Shown here: one piece after another, positions 51,095 to 60,527 of the stretch
How positions within the stretch are numbered: position 1 is the first letter of the stretch
Layout: each line of letters starts with the position of its first letter
Assembly: GCA_947447955.1 (NCBI GenBank)
Contig: CANFLS010000004.1
Coordinates: forward strand, 21,327-85,326
Source of the DNA: Flavobacteriales bacterium
GTDB taxonomy: Bacteria; Bacteroidota; Bacteroidia; NS11-12g; UBA955
Direction of reading: 5' to 3'
DNA length: 64,000 nucleotides
The notes under the pieces: model-generated
The model's input: the letters and a program-made list of their open reading frames with translations, nothing else
The model's database searches: none
What the model was told of the DNA's origin: nothing
Program-made: the position numbers and the translations under genes

Positions 51095-51969
51095 AGTTGT
51101 GCTTTTCTAGCTTTTAAAGTATTGTTTAATAGTGCAGTGATGGTCATTGGACCTACACCACCTGGTACCGGAGTAATTGCAGACGCTACTTTTTCTACAG
51201 ACTCAAAATCAACGTCTCCGCACAATCTCCAACCTGCTTTTTTACTTGCATCGTCAACACGTGTTGTTCCAACATCTATCACAACTGCTCCTTCTTTTAC
51301 CATATCGCCAGTTACAAAACCTGGTTTCCCAATGGCAGCAACAATGATATCAGCTTGTTTGGTATAAAAAGATAAGTTTTCAGTACGGCTATGACACACA
51401 GTTACTGTTGCATTTCCAGTTTTACCGGGGTTTGAAAGTAAAATCGAAATAGGACGACCTACAATATTACTACGGCCAATAACCACAGCGTGCTTACCAG
51501 AAGTTTCAATTCCATAATGGGCCAAAATCATGGTAATTCCCAATGGCGTAGCAGAAACGATACCATCATTTCCTTTAGCCAATTGTCCCATGTTCACATC
51601 GTGAAATCCATCTACATCCTTTTCAGGCAAGATGGCTTGGGTAATTTTGGTTTCATTGATATGTTTAGGCAATGGCAATTGCACTATTAACCCATCGATT
51701 TCAGGATTTTGGTTAATTTCTGCAATTTTTTCTAACAATTCTTCTTCGGTAAGGGTTGCATCATAACGAATTACAGATCCAGAAAACCCAACTTCGTGAC
51801 AAGCTTTTTCTTTTGCAGCCACATAAGTTTGACTTCCACCGTCATTCCCAACCAAAATTGCCACCAAATGAGGCGCACGATTTCCGTTTGCAACCATTTC
51901 ACTCACTTCTTGAGTGATCTTTTGCTTAAGTGTATCGGCAACTTCTTTGCCATTTAATATCAATGCCAT
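51091..51969 (-). CDS. folD: methylenetetrahydrofolate dehydrogenase/cyclohydrolase
   Basis: VQLPLP, KDVDGFH, GRSNIVGRP, TPVPGGVGPMT. ATG 51969 preferred over the track start at 51987. Confidence 0.97.
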   Translation of the reverse strand: MALILNGKEVADTLKQKITQEVSEMVANGNRAPHLVAILVGNDGGSQTYVAAKEKACHEVGFSGSVIRYDATLTEEELLEKIAEINQNPEIDGLIVQLPLPKHINETKITQAILPEKDVDGFHDVNMGQLAKGNDGIVSATPLGITMILAHYGIETSGKHAVVIGRSNIVGRPISILLSNPGKTGNATVTVCHSRTENLSFYTKQADIIVAAIGKPGFVTGDMVKEGAVVIDVGTTRVDDASKKAGWRLCGDVDFESVEKVASAITPVPGGVGPMTITALLNNTLKARKAQL

Positions 51970-52033
51970 TGCTACAAAAATACTCAATTTAAAGGAAATT
52001 AGGAAGGAAAATCGAATCTTTCCACCAATTGAA

Positions 52034-54445
52034 TTACATCAATTCAACGTAAGTGCAGCCATCACCACCCCTATCGGCATGCTCGTCGTAATACCTTTTT
52101 ACAAAGTTGATGGTCTTTAAATGTTGCCTCAACAACTTTTTCAGAATACCATCGCCACGGCCATGAATAATCTTGATGGTTCCTTGACCCAAAGCATACG
52201 CTTCATCGAGCCATTTTTGCAATTTCAAAACCGCTTCATCTCCCCTAACCCCGCGCAAATCCAATTCCACAGAAAAAGTTGCTTGGCGTTCAACCCAGTT
52301 AAATCCAACCTTTGCTTTTTGCTTGCTGTTACCAGCAACAGACCGCGACATTTGCAATTCTTCAATTGGAACCCACATTTTCAACAATCCAAATGCAACT
52401 TGAACCTTGTTCTTTTTCACTTCAATGACCTCCCCTTCCTGATCACTCATCTTGTTTTTCACTTTGGTTCCAGGTAAAATTTCACTTGCCTTAATCGGAA
52501 CCGCAGTTACTTCAGCTGGCTTTGGTTGATTTTGAGGGACAATTTTCTGTTGCGATTTATCCGCAGCGGTATTCACAGATTCTTTAAACTGATCCAATTG
52601 CTTCCGCGCTTTCATGGTTGGCTCTTTTTTAGCGCCATGTTCGCGAATAATACGAATGGTATTTTCTATTTGTTGGTTGGTATCAGAAAGTAACTTTTGA
52701 GCTTCCCATCGTGCCATATCAACCACTTCTTTTCGTTTCGATTGAAGTTTCTCTTTTAACTTACCGTATTCCTCTTGGAGTTCGTTAAGGTGCGAAGATT
52801 TTTGCTCATTGTCGGTAATTAGTTTTAGCAAATACTGATTTTGTTGCTCCAAATGCAACATCATATCCTCAGTTTTTCCAATTTCCTTACCTGTCAACTC
52901 CTCAATACGCTTCATCCAATTTTCGTCAAAACCAGTTTTCCGCATCAATTCCAACGCAAAACTGCTACCGGGCTTCCCCATTACAAACGTATATAACGGC
53001 TTCAATCCTTTTGCATCATAGGCCATACTGGCTTGAGCAACGTGCTCAATACCCAAACCCCATTCCCTCAATTGAGAAAAGTGGGTAGTGGCAATTGCAA
53101 AAGCCCCTTTTTCAAGCAACTGCTCCATCAACGCTTGCGCAATAGGAGCTCCAAAGCGGGGATCAGTTCCAGCGCCAATCTCATCCAAGCCAATGAATGC
53201 ATTTGGTCCTGTTTGTGCTAAAATGGCCTTCAAATGGGACAAATGTGCACTAAAAGTACTTAATCCTTGCTCAATACTCTGTCCATCACCGCAATCAATG
53301 GCCAAAAACTCAAACACCGAAAATTCACTTTCGGGCAAAGCTGTTACATACAAACCGCACTGAAACATATATTGCAGCAGCAAGGCAGTTTTCAAAACAA
53401 CACTCTTACCACCGGCATTCGGACCGCTCACAACCACAATGCGCTTGTCGTGCATGTGCAATGAAAGGGGTACAATTTTCTGATTTTGCTTACCAAGTTC
53501 CTTTTTCAACACCGGATGAAAAGCATTTTTCAACACTATTGTATGTACTTCAGAATATCGGGGTCTATTGGCACCGTAATTGGCGCAAATTTGTTGCTTG
53601 GCATAAATGAAATCAGTCATTGCCATTTGCATCATTAACTGATTTAACTCACTATGAAAAGGCTTTAAATCGGAAGTGAGTTGTTTCAGGATTTTTTCAC
53701 GTTCACGTCTGCGTTCGGCATACATTTCCTTCAACAAATTATTCATTTCCAGAATAGCAGTTGGCTCAACGTATAATATTTTTCCTGTTGCCGAAATATC
53801 TTTTACAAAACCTTGAACTTTTCTTTTGAATTCAGCAATGATTGGAATTACCAAACGTTCTTCACGCACCGTAACATCAGTTTCGGCGGTATATCCTGCT
53901 TGTTTCCACTCCCTAAAAATTGACTTCGTTTGGTTTCTAATTTCCCTTTCCAAGCGATTAATTTCTTGGGTCAACTTTTGATAAATCGGCGATGCATTGG
54001 GTTTTAAACTCGCATCTTCTTCAATTACCTTTAATATCAAATCTGAACAAGGCTTTACCGCGTAGTTCGACAAAAACAAAGTAGCAAATCGAGGAAACTG
54101 TTCCTGGCGTTGGTGAATAATGGTAAATACTTTTTGATAAGATTGAAGCACCCTTAGTATTGCCAACAGTTCATCTTCCATGAAAAAGTAATTTTCAATG
54201 TCGATGTGTTTTAACCACAGCGAAATATCTGCCGTTTCGTTAAACTGAAAAATTGAGGGGAAAGTACCTAGAAGTATATTGGCTTCATCGAGCAAACCGA
54301 GTTCCGATTCAATGTCTTCCCATTTGGTAAGCATTGAAAAATCATTTGCCATTTTCACTGAGGTTTCAAACCTGCAGCGCTGTGCTATTTCATTTCTTAT
54401 TTGTTGAAACCCAACAATTGACTCAAACTGACTTGGGTATTTCAA
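52034..54445 (-). CDS. mutS2: MutS2 family endonuclease/ATPase with Smr domain
   Basis: SGPNAGGKS, LSTFSAH, LDEIGAGTDP, TTH, KOW-like region, LDLRG..IIHGRGDG. Confidence 0.93.
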   Translation of the reverse strand: MKYPSQFESIVGFQQIRNEIAQRCRFETSVKMANDFSMLTKWEDIESELGLLDEANILLGTFPSIFQFNETADISLWLKHIDIENYFFMEDELLAILRVLQSYQKVFTIIHQRQEQFPRFATLFLSNYAVKPCSDLILKVIEEDASLKPNASPIYQKLTQEINRLEREIRNQTKSIFREWKQAGYTAETDVTVREERLVIPIIAEFKRKVQGFVKDISATGKILYVEPTAILEMNNLLKEMYAERRREREKILKQLTSDLKPFHSELNQLMMQMAMTDFIYAKQQICANYGANRPRYSEVHTIVLKNAFHPVLKKELGKQNQKIVPLSLHMHDKRIVVVSGPNAGGKSVVLKTALLLQYMFQCGLYVTALPESEFSVFEFLAIDCGDGQSIEQGLSTFSAHLSHLKAILAQTGPNAFIGLDEIGAGTDPRFGAPIAQALMEQLLEKGAFAIATTHFSQLREWGLGIEHVAQASMAYDAKGLKPLYTFVMGKPGSSFALELMRKTGFDENWMKRIEELTGKEIGKTEDMMLHLEQQNQYLLKLITDNEQKSSHLNELQEEYGKLKEKLQSKRKEVVDMARWEAQKLLSDTNQQIENTIRIIREHGAKKEPTMKARKQLDQFKESVNTAADKSQQKIVPQNQPKPAEVTAVPIKASEILPGTKVKNKMSDQEGEVIEVKKNKVQVAFGLLKMWVPIEELQMSRSVAGNSKQKAKVGFNWVERQATFSVELDLRGVRGDEAVLKLQKWLDEAYALGQGTIKIIHGRGDGILKKLLRQHLKTINFVKRYYDEHADRGGDGCTYVELM

Positions 54446-54792
54446 GGCTTATCTAATTTATGTTTCACTTCGTCTTTTTGAAGTTTCACAATGACTTTTT
54501 CCATGAGTGCCGCAAATTCTTTTCCGTCTAATTTGTATGCAGAAAGTGTGGTTTCGAAATCTTTCACATCAACGTTGTGTTTTTTTACAATAAAACCATA
54601 ATTCCTCATCCAAACGCTGTCTGGCAAAATTGCATAATTGTATTTAATTTGAACGCCGGCTTCTAGCACCATTGCATCAGCAAGAATATCAACCATTTTA
54701 GATTCCGCAACTGGGAAACTGCGAGAATTACAAGCAAAAAAGCCTGTAATCAGAACAATCATTGTAATTTTGTTGCGAAGGTTGCACCTCAT
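54442..54792 (-). CDS. DUF4296-like lipoprotein
   Basis: Lipobox FFAC and KMVDILAD motif. ATG 54792 preferred. Confidence 0.6.
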   Translation of the reverse strand: MRCNLRNKITMIVLITGFFACNSRSFPVAESKMVDILADAMVLEAGVQIKYNYAILPDSVWMRNYGFIVKKHNVDVKDFETTLSAYKLDGKEFAALMEKVIVKLQKDEVKHKLDKP

Positions 54793-54812
54793 ATGGTGCA
54801 AAATTAAGGAAA

Positions 54813-55472
54813 ATGAACCGCATCGCAGAAAATATTGCTCGAATTAATAGTGAACTTCCACAAACCACCCAATTTATTGTGGTGAGTAAATACAGAGAAG
54901 TAGAAGAAATTCAACAGGTTTATAATTGTAATCAACGTGTTTTTGCCGAAAATAGGGTTCAGCCCCTCCTTGAACGCAAAGAAGCTTTACCCCAAGATAT
55001 TGAATGGCATTTGATTGGACATTTACAAACCAACAAAGTAAAGTTTATTGCTCCTTTTATAGCGATGATACATTCAGTAGATAGCAGGCATTTGCTCGAT
55101 GAAATTCAGAAGCAAGCGCAAAAATACAACCGCGTTATTCCTTGCCTTTTCCAACTGCATTTGGCCCAAGAAGAAAGTAAATTTGGTATAGTGCCAGAAA
55201 ATATTCCTTCTTTTTTTGAGGGACTTAATCCGTCCAATTATCCCAATGTTCAGTTCTGCGGAATTATGAGCATGGGCAGTTTAACCCATGATGTTGAACT
55301 CACAAAAAAGGAATTCGCACAAGCACAATCATATTTCAAAGAAATCAAATCAACATATTTTCCAACTTTAGAAAGCTTCAAAGAACTTTCAATAGGGATG
55401 AGTGGCGATTATAAAATTGCCATTGAATACGGCAGCACCATGGTGAGAATTGGCAGTGCTGTTTTTGAGTAA
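54813..55472 (+). CDS. yggS: PLP homeostasis protein YggS/PLPBP
   Basis: VSKY, WHLIGHLQTNKVK, EESKFG, SIGMSGDY, GSTMVRIGSAVF. Confidence 0.96.
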   Translation: MNRIAENIARINSELPQTTQFIVVSKYREVEEIQQVYNCNQRVFAENRVQPLLERKEALPQDIEWHLIGHLQTNKVKFIAPFIAMIHSVDSRHLLDEIQKQAQKYNRVIPCLFQLHLAQEESKFGIVPENIPSFFEGLNPSNYPNVQFCGIMSMGSLTHDVELTKKEFAQAQSYFKEIKSTYFPTLESFKELSIGMSGDYKIAIEYGSTMVRIGSAVFE

Positions 55473-55473
55473 A

Positions 55474-55532
55474 TGTTTATTTTAATACACAATATGTAGT
55501 TTTTAAGCTATATTTGTTTAATAAAATACACA
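55474..55532. promoter_or_regulatory. putative operators and -7 box of the HTH-hipA operon
   Basis: Imperfect 18-bp palindromes TGTTTATTTTAATACACA (55474) and TGTTTAATAAAATACACA (55515), and TATATTTG at 55509-55516. Confidence 0.55.
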
Positions 55533-55534
55533 AA

Positions 55535-55798
55535 ATGATTGATGTTATTACCATAAAAGATGTCAAGCTACAACTTGGTGAGATGTGTAAACAACACCGA
55601 AAACAAGCCAACCTCACACAAGAGGAACTTGCGAAACTCTTGGTATTATCTCGGTTTACGATTCAAAATTTTGAAAGCGGTAAAAATGCAACGCTTGACA
55701 CGGTATTGCGCATTGCCTACCATTTTGGATACCTGTCAACCCTCCATAAAATGATCACCGAATCAATCGAAACTGCCAAAATTGAACCGTTCTATTAG
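55535..55798 (+). CDS. XRE/Cro HTH protein, HipB-like antitoxin
   Basis: RKQANLTQEELAK..LSRFTIQNFESGK.ATLDT, immediately upstream of hipA. Confidence 0.85.
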   Translation: MIDVITIKDVKLQLGEMCKQHRKQANLTQEELAKLLVLSRFTIQNFESGKNATLDTVLRIAYHFGYLSTLHKMITESIETAKIEPFY

Positions 55799-55799
55799 T

Positions 55800-57065
55800 A
55801 TGAAAATAAACAAATCAATCAAAGTTCTATTGTTTAACCAAGAAATTGGAACATTGGGTTACGACGTTGATCTCAAGACTGCTTTTTTTCAATATCACCC
55901 AAATTATCTTAACCAGAATACGCTTAAAAACATTTTCCCTTATGTCTTTAAACGCATATCTCCTATTCAAAAATTCAACCAATTTTTCGGAGAAACATAC
56001 CGAGGTCTTCCTCCAATGATTGCTGATTCCTTACCTGATATGTTTGGTAATATCATATTTAAAGAATGGCTCAATGCACAAAATAAGGATTTCAAAAATA
56101 TGAGTTCATTAGATCAATTGATGTATGTTGGAAAGCGTGGAATGGGGGCACTTGAATTCGAACCCAATATGGAGAATTTACCAGAATCAGATATCCATTT
56201 AAACGAAATCATTGAAGTTGTCAATCAAATACTCGAACTAAAATCTAACACCTCTGAAAACAAATTAAATTCACAAGCCCTATTAAACATCTATAAAATT
56301 GGAACATCGGCTGGAGGAGCAAGACCCAAAATTCTTATTTCCGAAAACAAAATCACTGGGAAAATCATTCCGGGAGATGTAAACTATTCCAACGATTACC
56401 TCCACTATCTTGTTAAAATCAATATTGATGAAGGACTTGGATATAGCAAAGAAAAAATAGAGTTTGCATACTACGAATTGGCAAAACTGGTTGGAATTCG
56501 AATGTCAGATAGCAAATTGATTGACGACAAACATTTTGCAACAATTCGTTTTGATAGACTAAACGGAAACAAAATACATACTCTCACTGCTTGTGGCATG
56601 ACTGGTTGGGATTATAAAAAAGCAGAAGATTCTAGTTATGAGAATTTATTTAAACTTGCAATTGATCTGCAAATTCCCATCAGTGATATCAATGAATTGT
56701 ATTTAAGGATGGTGTTTAATGTGATTTTTGCAAACATAGATGACCATTTAAAAAATCACAGTTTCATATATAATGAAGAGACTGATTCATGGCGTTTATC
56801 TCCGGCATATGACATTACTTATTCTCTCAATTTAAATTTGGTATTTAGTAATGTAAATAGAGCATTGTCAATCAATCAAAAACGCAATGAAATATCTCGA
56901 AAAGACATCATGAAAATTGCGGATGAATTTTCAATTAGTAACGCAGAAGAACTCATAGACAAAGTGATTGAAATAAGCTCACAGTGGAATTCAATTGCAA
57001 CCAATTTATTGATTCCAAGTAAAGTTATTCAATCCATTCAAAAAGATTTCAATCTATTAAATTAA
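55800..57065 (+). CDS. hipA: HipA family serine/threonine kinase toxin
   Basis: N-terminal DSLPD.FG, P-loop TSAGGARPK, RFDR, catalytic NIDDHLKNHS, LSPAYD. Confidence 0.92.
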   Translation: MKINKSIKVLLFNQEIGTLGYDVDLKTAFFQYHPNYLNQNTLKNIFPYVFKRISPIQKFNQFFGETYRGLPPMIADSLPDMFGNIIFKEWLNAQNKDFKNMSSLDQLMYVGKRGMGALEFEPNMENLPESDIHLNEIIEVVNQILELKSNTSENKLNSQALLNIYKIGTSAGGARPKILISENKITGKIIPGDVNYSNDYLHYLVKINIDEGLGYSKEKIEFAYYELAKLVGIRMSDSKLIDDKHFATIRFDRLNGNKIHTLTACGMTGWDYKKAEDSSYENLFKLAIDLQIPISDINELYLRMVFNVIFANIDDHLKNHSFIYNEETDSWRLSPAYDITYSLNLNLVFSNVNRALSINQKRNEISRKDIMKIADEFSISNAEELIDKVIEISSQWNSIATNLLIPSKVIQSIQKDFNLLN

Positions 57066-57094
57066 AAAGGGCCGTCATTTCTGACGGCCCTTTT
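57064..57094. terminator. bidirectional intrinsic terminator
   Basis: A5-GGGCCGTCA-tttc-TGACGGCCC-T4. Confidence 0.88.
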
Positions 57095-57121
57095 CGGTTA
57101 TTGTTGTTTGTTGTTGTTTTA

Positions 57122-57694
57122 TTATTGGAATCTGAAACGAGCACCTACTTGGAAAACCAAACAGTTGAATTCAGGACTTGCAGTACCATTGCCTTGGCTA
57201 TTATAAGTACCCGCTGAAAAGATTGCACCAGCCTCACCGAAAAGTTTGATGGCATCTGATACACTAAAATTAGCGACTACACCCGCATTCATTGACCAGG
57301 TTGCGTCTTCTTGTGGTTCAGGCAAATTGTCGGCTGTCATAGAGTAGCTAGACAAACCAGCACCTAGTTTACCCGCAACGTTGAAATCTTCGTCGGCATC
57401 GCCTACCAAATACCTACCGTAACCTGCATTTAAATGCATGAAACTTATTTTTGTTCCAGAAGCACCGTCTGCGTAATCTTTATTTGAAAGAATCACATCT
57501 CCAAAGAAGAAAGATTCATCTTGTTCGTATTGGATTTTAGCAGAGAACGATGATGTCATGGTTCCCAAACCAGCACCAAAATACATTGTTGGCGCATATC
57601 CAGCACCAATACTTAAGTTGCTAATTTCGAATTGTGCATTAGAAACTGAAATTCCTCCAAGAAACAATGCAATTGATAATAAAATCTTTTTCAT
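57122..57694 (-). CDS. small outer-membrane beta-barrel protein
   Basis: Signal peptide MKKILL..SNA|Q, amphipathic strands, terminal QVGARFRF. Confidence 0.75.
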   Translation of the reverse strand: MKKILLSIALFLGGISVSNAQFEISNLSIGAGYAPTMYFGAGLGTMTSSFSAKIQYEQDESFFFGDVILSNKDYADGASGTKISFMHLNAGYGRYLVGDADEDFNVAGKLGAGLSSYSMTADNLPEPQEDATWSMNAGVVANFSVSDAIKLFGEAGAIFSAGTYNSQGNGTASPEFNCLVFQVGARFRFQ

Positions 57695-57723
57695 TTTTAT
57701 ATTTAAACGGTTAGTTTTTTAAA

Positions 57724-58848
57724 TTAATAATTATTCAACATCATAGGCATGATGAGCATGGTGATTTCTTCATTTTTTTCGTTCTCAGCAGGAACCAATA
57801 ATCCCGCACGGTTTGGTTGTGACATTTTCAATTGAACATTTTCACCGTCCATGGTCGACAACATTTCTTTCAAGAAACGCGCATTGAATCCGATTTCCAT
57901 ATCTTCGCCGTCGTATTCGCAATTGATTTTTTCAGTTGCTTCATTTGCCATTTCAATATCTTCAGCACTGATGGTTAAATCACTGCCAGTTATTTTCAAA
58001 CGTACTTGGTGTGTTGTTTTAGAAGCGAAAATGCTGATACGGTTAATAGAACTTAATAAATCTGTTCTAGAAATGGTAATTACATTTGGATTTTCTTGAG
58101 GAATAACCGCAGAATATTCAGGGTATTTTTCATCTAACAAACGACAAATTAACTGAGTGCTTCCGAAAGTGAAAAACACATTGGTTTTATTGTAATCAAC
58201 AATCACCGGAGTTTCGTCGTTAGGCAAAGCAGTTTTCAACAAGTTCAACGGTTTTTTAGGAATAATAAAACTGTGATCAACTTGAGGCGCAATGTCTTTA
58301 CGGGTAAAACGAACCAATTTATTTGCATCTGTTGCAACAAAATTTACGTGGTTGTTTTTCATTTCAACAAACAATCCTGTTAAATTCAAACGCAATTCGT
58401 CAGAACCCGCCGCAAACAATGTTTTGCTAATTGCACGCAACAATAAATTTGCAGGAACAGTGAAACTACCATCGCCACTTTTTTCAGGTAATGTTGGATA
58501 ATCAACACCATCTTGTCCTGCCATTTTGTAACGACCGTTGTTATTCACCACTTCAATGCCATGAGATGCACCGTCAATATTAAAAGTAACTGGTTGTTCT
58601 GGCAAAGAACGAAGAATATCGATAACCATTTTGCTTGGTACCGCAACGCGCATATTGTCTTTTGACTCAACAGGCATAACAGTTGTCATGCTTGTTTCTA
58701 AATCTGTACTGTAAATGGTAAGCTCGTTGTTACTAATATCGAACAAGAAATTTTCCAAAATTGGAATAATTGGTTTCGACATAATGGCACCATTTACGGA
58801 TAAAAGATGCTGTAACAAATCGCTAGTAGAAGGAGCTATAAACTTCAT
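57724..58848 (-). CDS. dnaN: DNA polymerase III beta clamp
   Basis: PILENFLF, STDLE, VATDA.KL, RLLDEKYPEY..VIP, IGFNA, LIMPM. Confidence 0.96.
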   Translation of the reverse strand: MKFIAPSTSDLLQHLLSVNGAIMSKPIIPILENFLFDISNNELTIYSTDLETSMTTVMPVESKDNMRVAVPSKMVIDILRSLPEQPVTFNIDGASHGIEVVNNNGRYKMAGQDGVDYPTLPEKSGDGSFTVPANLLLRAISKTLFAAGSDELRLNLTGLFVEMKNNHVNFVATDANKLVRFTRKDIAPQVDHSFIIPKKPLNLLKTALPNDETPVIVDYNKTNVFFTFGSTQLICRLLDEKYPEYSAVIPQENPNVITISRTDLLSSINRISIFASKTTHQVRLKITGSDLTISAEDIEMANEATEKINCEYDGEDMEIGFNARFLKEMLSTMDGENVQLKMSQPNRAGLLVPAENEKNEEITMLIMPMMLNNY

Positions 58849-58970
58849 AATATATATTTTACTTTTAGTGAAAAAAGAATCACTGCAAACCTATTCATGT
58901 ATGAGCAATAAAAATACACATCTTCATGTATTTTATAAACACTTTTTGCATGATGTCCACAATTATACTT

Positions 58971-59270
58971 TTATTTTTCGTTTTCTGGTTCAGGATCGGT
59001 AATTACAAAAATCTCTTCGTTGTCTTTTTTCATCAGATATTTTTCTCTTGCAAACTTTTCTAAGTTCCGCTCGTTGCCAAACAAGTCGGTCTTTTGCCTG
59101 CGCAACTCGGCAATCTTCACTTCGTGAATTTTGATACTCTCCTCCAAATCGGTAATGTCAGACGCCAATCTAATTCTGTAAATAAAATTGTTGGTATCGA
59201 AAAATGCCATCCAAAAGAAAAACATACCAAAGAAAAGCACATACCGATATTTATACAGCGGAGAATTCAT
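58971..59270 (-). CDS. septum formation initiator (FtsB/DivIC family)
   Basis: One TM (FFWMAFFD), coiled coil, LEKFAREKYLMKK.NE. ATG 59270 preferred. Confidence 0.85.
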   Translation of the reverse strand: MNSPLYKYRYVLFFGMFFFWMAFFDTNNFIYRIRLASDITDLEESIKIHEVKIAELRRQKTDLFGNERNLEKFAREKYLMKKDNEEIFVITDPEPENEK

Positions 59271-59354
59271 ATTTACAAAAATCAACCAAAATTTACAAAC
59301 TATACACACAGTTTTTTATGCTGTCAACTTTTTTAATCTATTTTTGCAACCCCA

Positions 59355-60527
59355 ATGAAAATCAATGGCCTCATCCTTACCCTCATTCTGTTTTTTGGAG
59401 CGTGTACTTCAAATACAAATCAAGGTAATGTACAGACCAATGAAATCACTTGGAACGCCAATAAATATGCCCAACTTTTCGAAATTGGAATAAGCAAAAC
59501 CGACACTTTTATTCGCTTGTATACCTTTAATCAAGTACAAGCCAATGTCCCTCAAAATAAAACATTAATTGGATCTTTTTTTTGGGGAAAGACGAAACAA
59601 AGTGGAAACTTTTCTGCCTCTCCCGGTTCTACTGAAAAGTATTACACCAAAATTTCAAAGCGCCACCGTTACATCCTGCTTTCTACCGTTTTTACAAGAT
59701 TCTTTGCCGAACTCAATCAAAAACATAACATCGTTGGCGTTGACAAAGCCAAATATCTTTGCAAAGATATTTTCCCTCAAAAAAATAAAATTCCTTCGGT
59801 GCAGCCCACCGGAGAAATCAATGCCGAAGCGGCCCTGAACTTATCTCCAGATATTGTAGTTGCATATTTCATTAGCAACAAAGAAAAATCGAACTTAGAA
59901 AGACTTAATACAAAAAAAACGCATGTGCTTTTTTGTCAATCTCACTTAGAAAACCATCCCCTAGGACGTGCTGAATGGATTACTCTTTTTGGATTCCTAA
60001 CATGCAGCGAAAAAGCCTTTTTCTTCAGCGATATTGAATTCGAATACATGAGGTTGAAAAAAGATTTATCTGAAACAACCCCAGTGAATGTAATGATAAA
60101 CCTACCCTATTCAGGTACTTGGGATGTTCCACGAAAAAATGCCTATCTCGCTATTTTGCTGAAAGATGCAAAAACCAACCCCGTTTGGCTTGAAAATAAC
60201 AATTATAAAGGTGTTGGAAGTGCCCAAATTGGATTGGAACTCGGCTATCAACTCCTTTCAAAAGCGAGCTTTTGGATAAACCCAGGCATGTGTGAATCAA
60301 TTGCTTGCATCAAAAATACCGATCCACGCATTGCAAAATGCCTTCCTGTTATAAATAACAAAGTATTTCAATGTAACCTTACCCAAGAACCTGATGGTGC
60401 AAATGCTTATTGGGATCTCGGTGCAGTTCATCCAGAATACGTTTTGAGTGATTTTGCAAAAATGTTCCACAGCGAAAAACCTGATTTTGCAGCAAAAAAC
60501 TATTACTTTTACCAGCAGCTTAAATGA
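59355..60527 (+). CDS. ABC transporter substrate-binding lipoprotein (BtuF/iron-siderophore type)
   Basis: Lipobox FGAC, E....L.PD, LENHPLGRAEW, YW..G...PE.VL.D. Confidence 0.85.
   Translation: MKINGLILTLILFFGACTSNTNQGNVQTNEITWNANKYAQLFEIGISKTDTFIRLYTFNQVQANVPQNKTLIGSFFWGKTKQSGNFSASPGSTEKYYTKISKRHRYILLSTVFTRFFAELNQKHNIVGVDKAKYLCKDIFPQKNKIPSVQPTGEINAEAALNLSPDIVVAYFISNKEKSNLERLNTKKTHVLFCQSHLENHPLGRAEWITLFGFLTCSEKAFFFSDIEFEYMRLKKDLSETTPVNVMINLPYSGTWDVPRKNAYLAILLKDAKTNPVWLENNNYKGVGSAQIGLELGYQLLSKASFWINPGMCESIACIKNTDPRIAKCLPVINNKVFQCNLTQEPDGANAYWDLGAVHPEYVLSDFAKMFHSEKPDFAAKNYYFYQQLK

Noticed and set aside
57099-57121. TTG-rich low-complexity run
   Set aside because: Short simple sequence in a 3' UTR with no other copies seen.
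58849-58970. oriC candidate upstream of dnaN (TTATAAACA, ATGTCCACA)
   Set aside because: Only two mismatched DnaA-box-like words in a short AT-rich spacer, and no dnaA nearby.
59310-59354. cobalamin riboswitch before the BtuF/BtuC-like genes
   Set aside because: The spacer is too short and has no B12-box motif.
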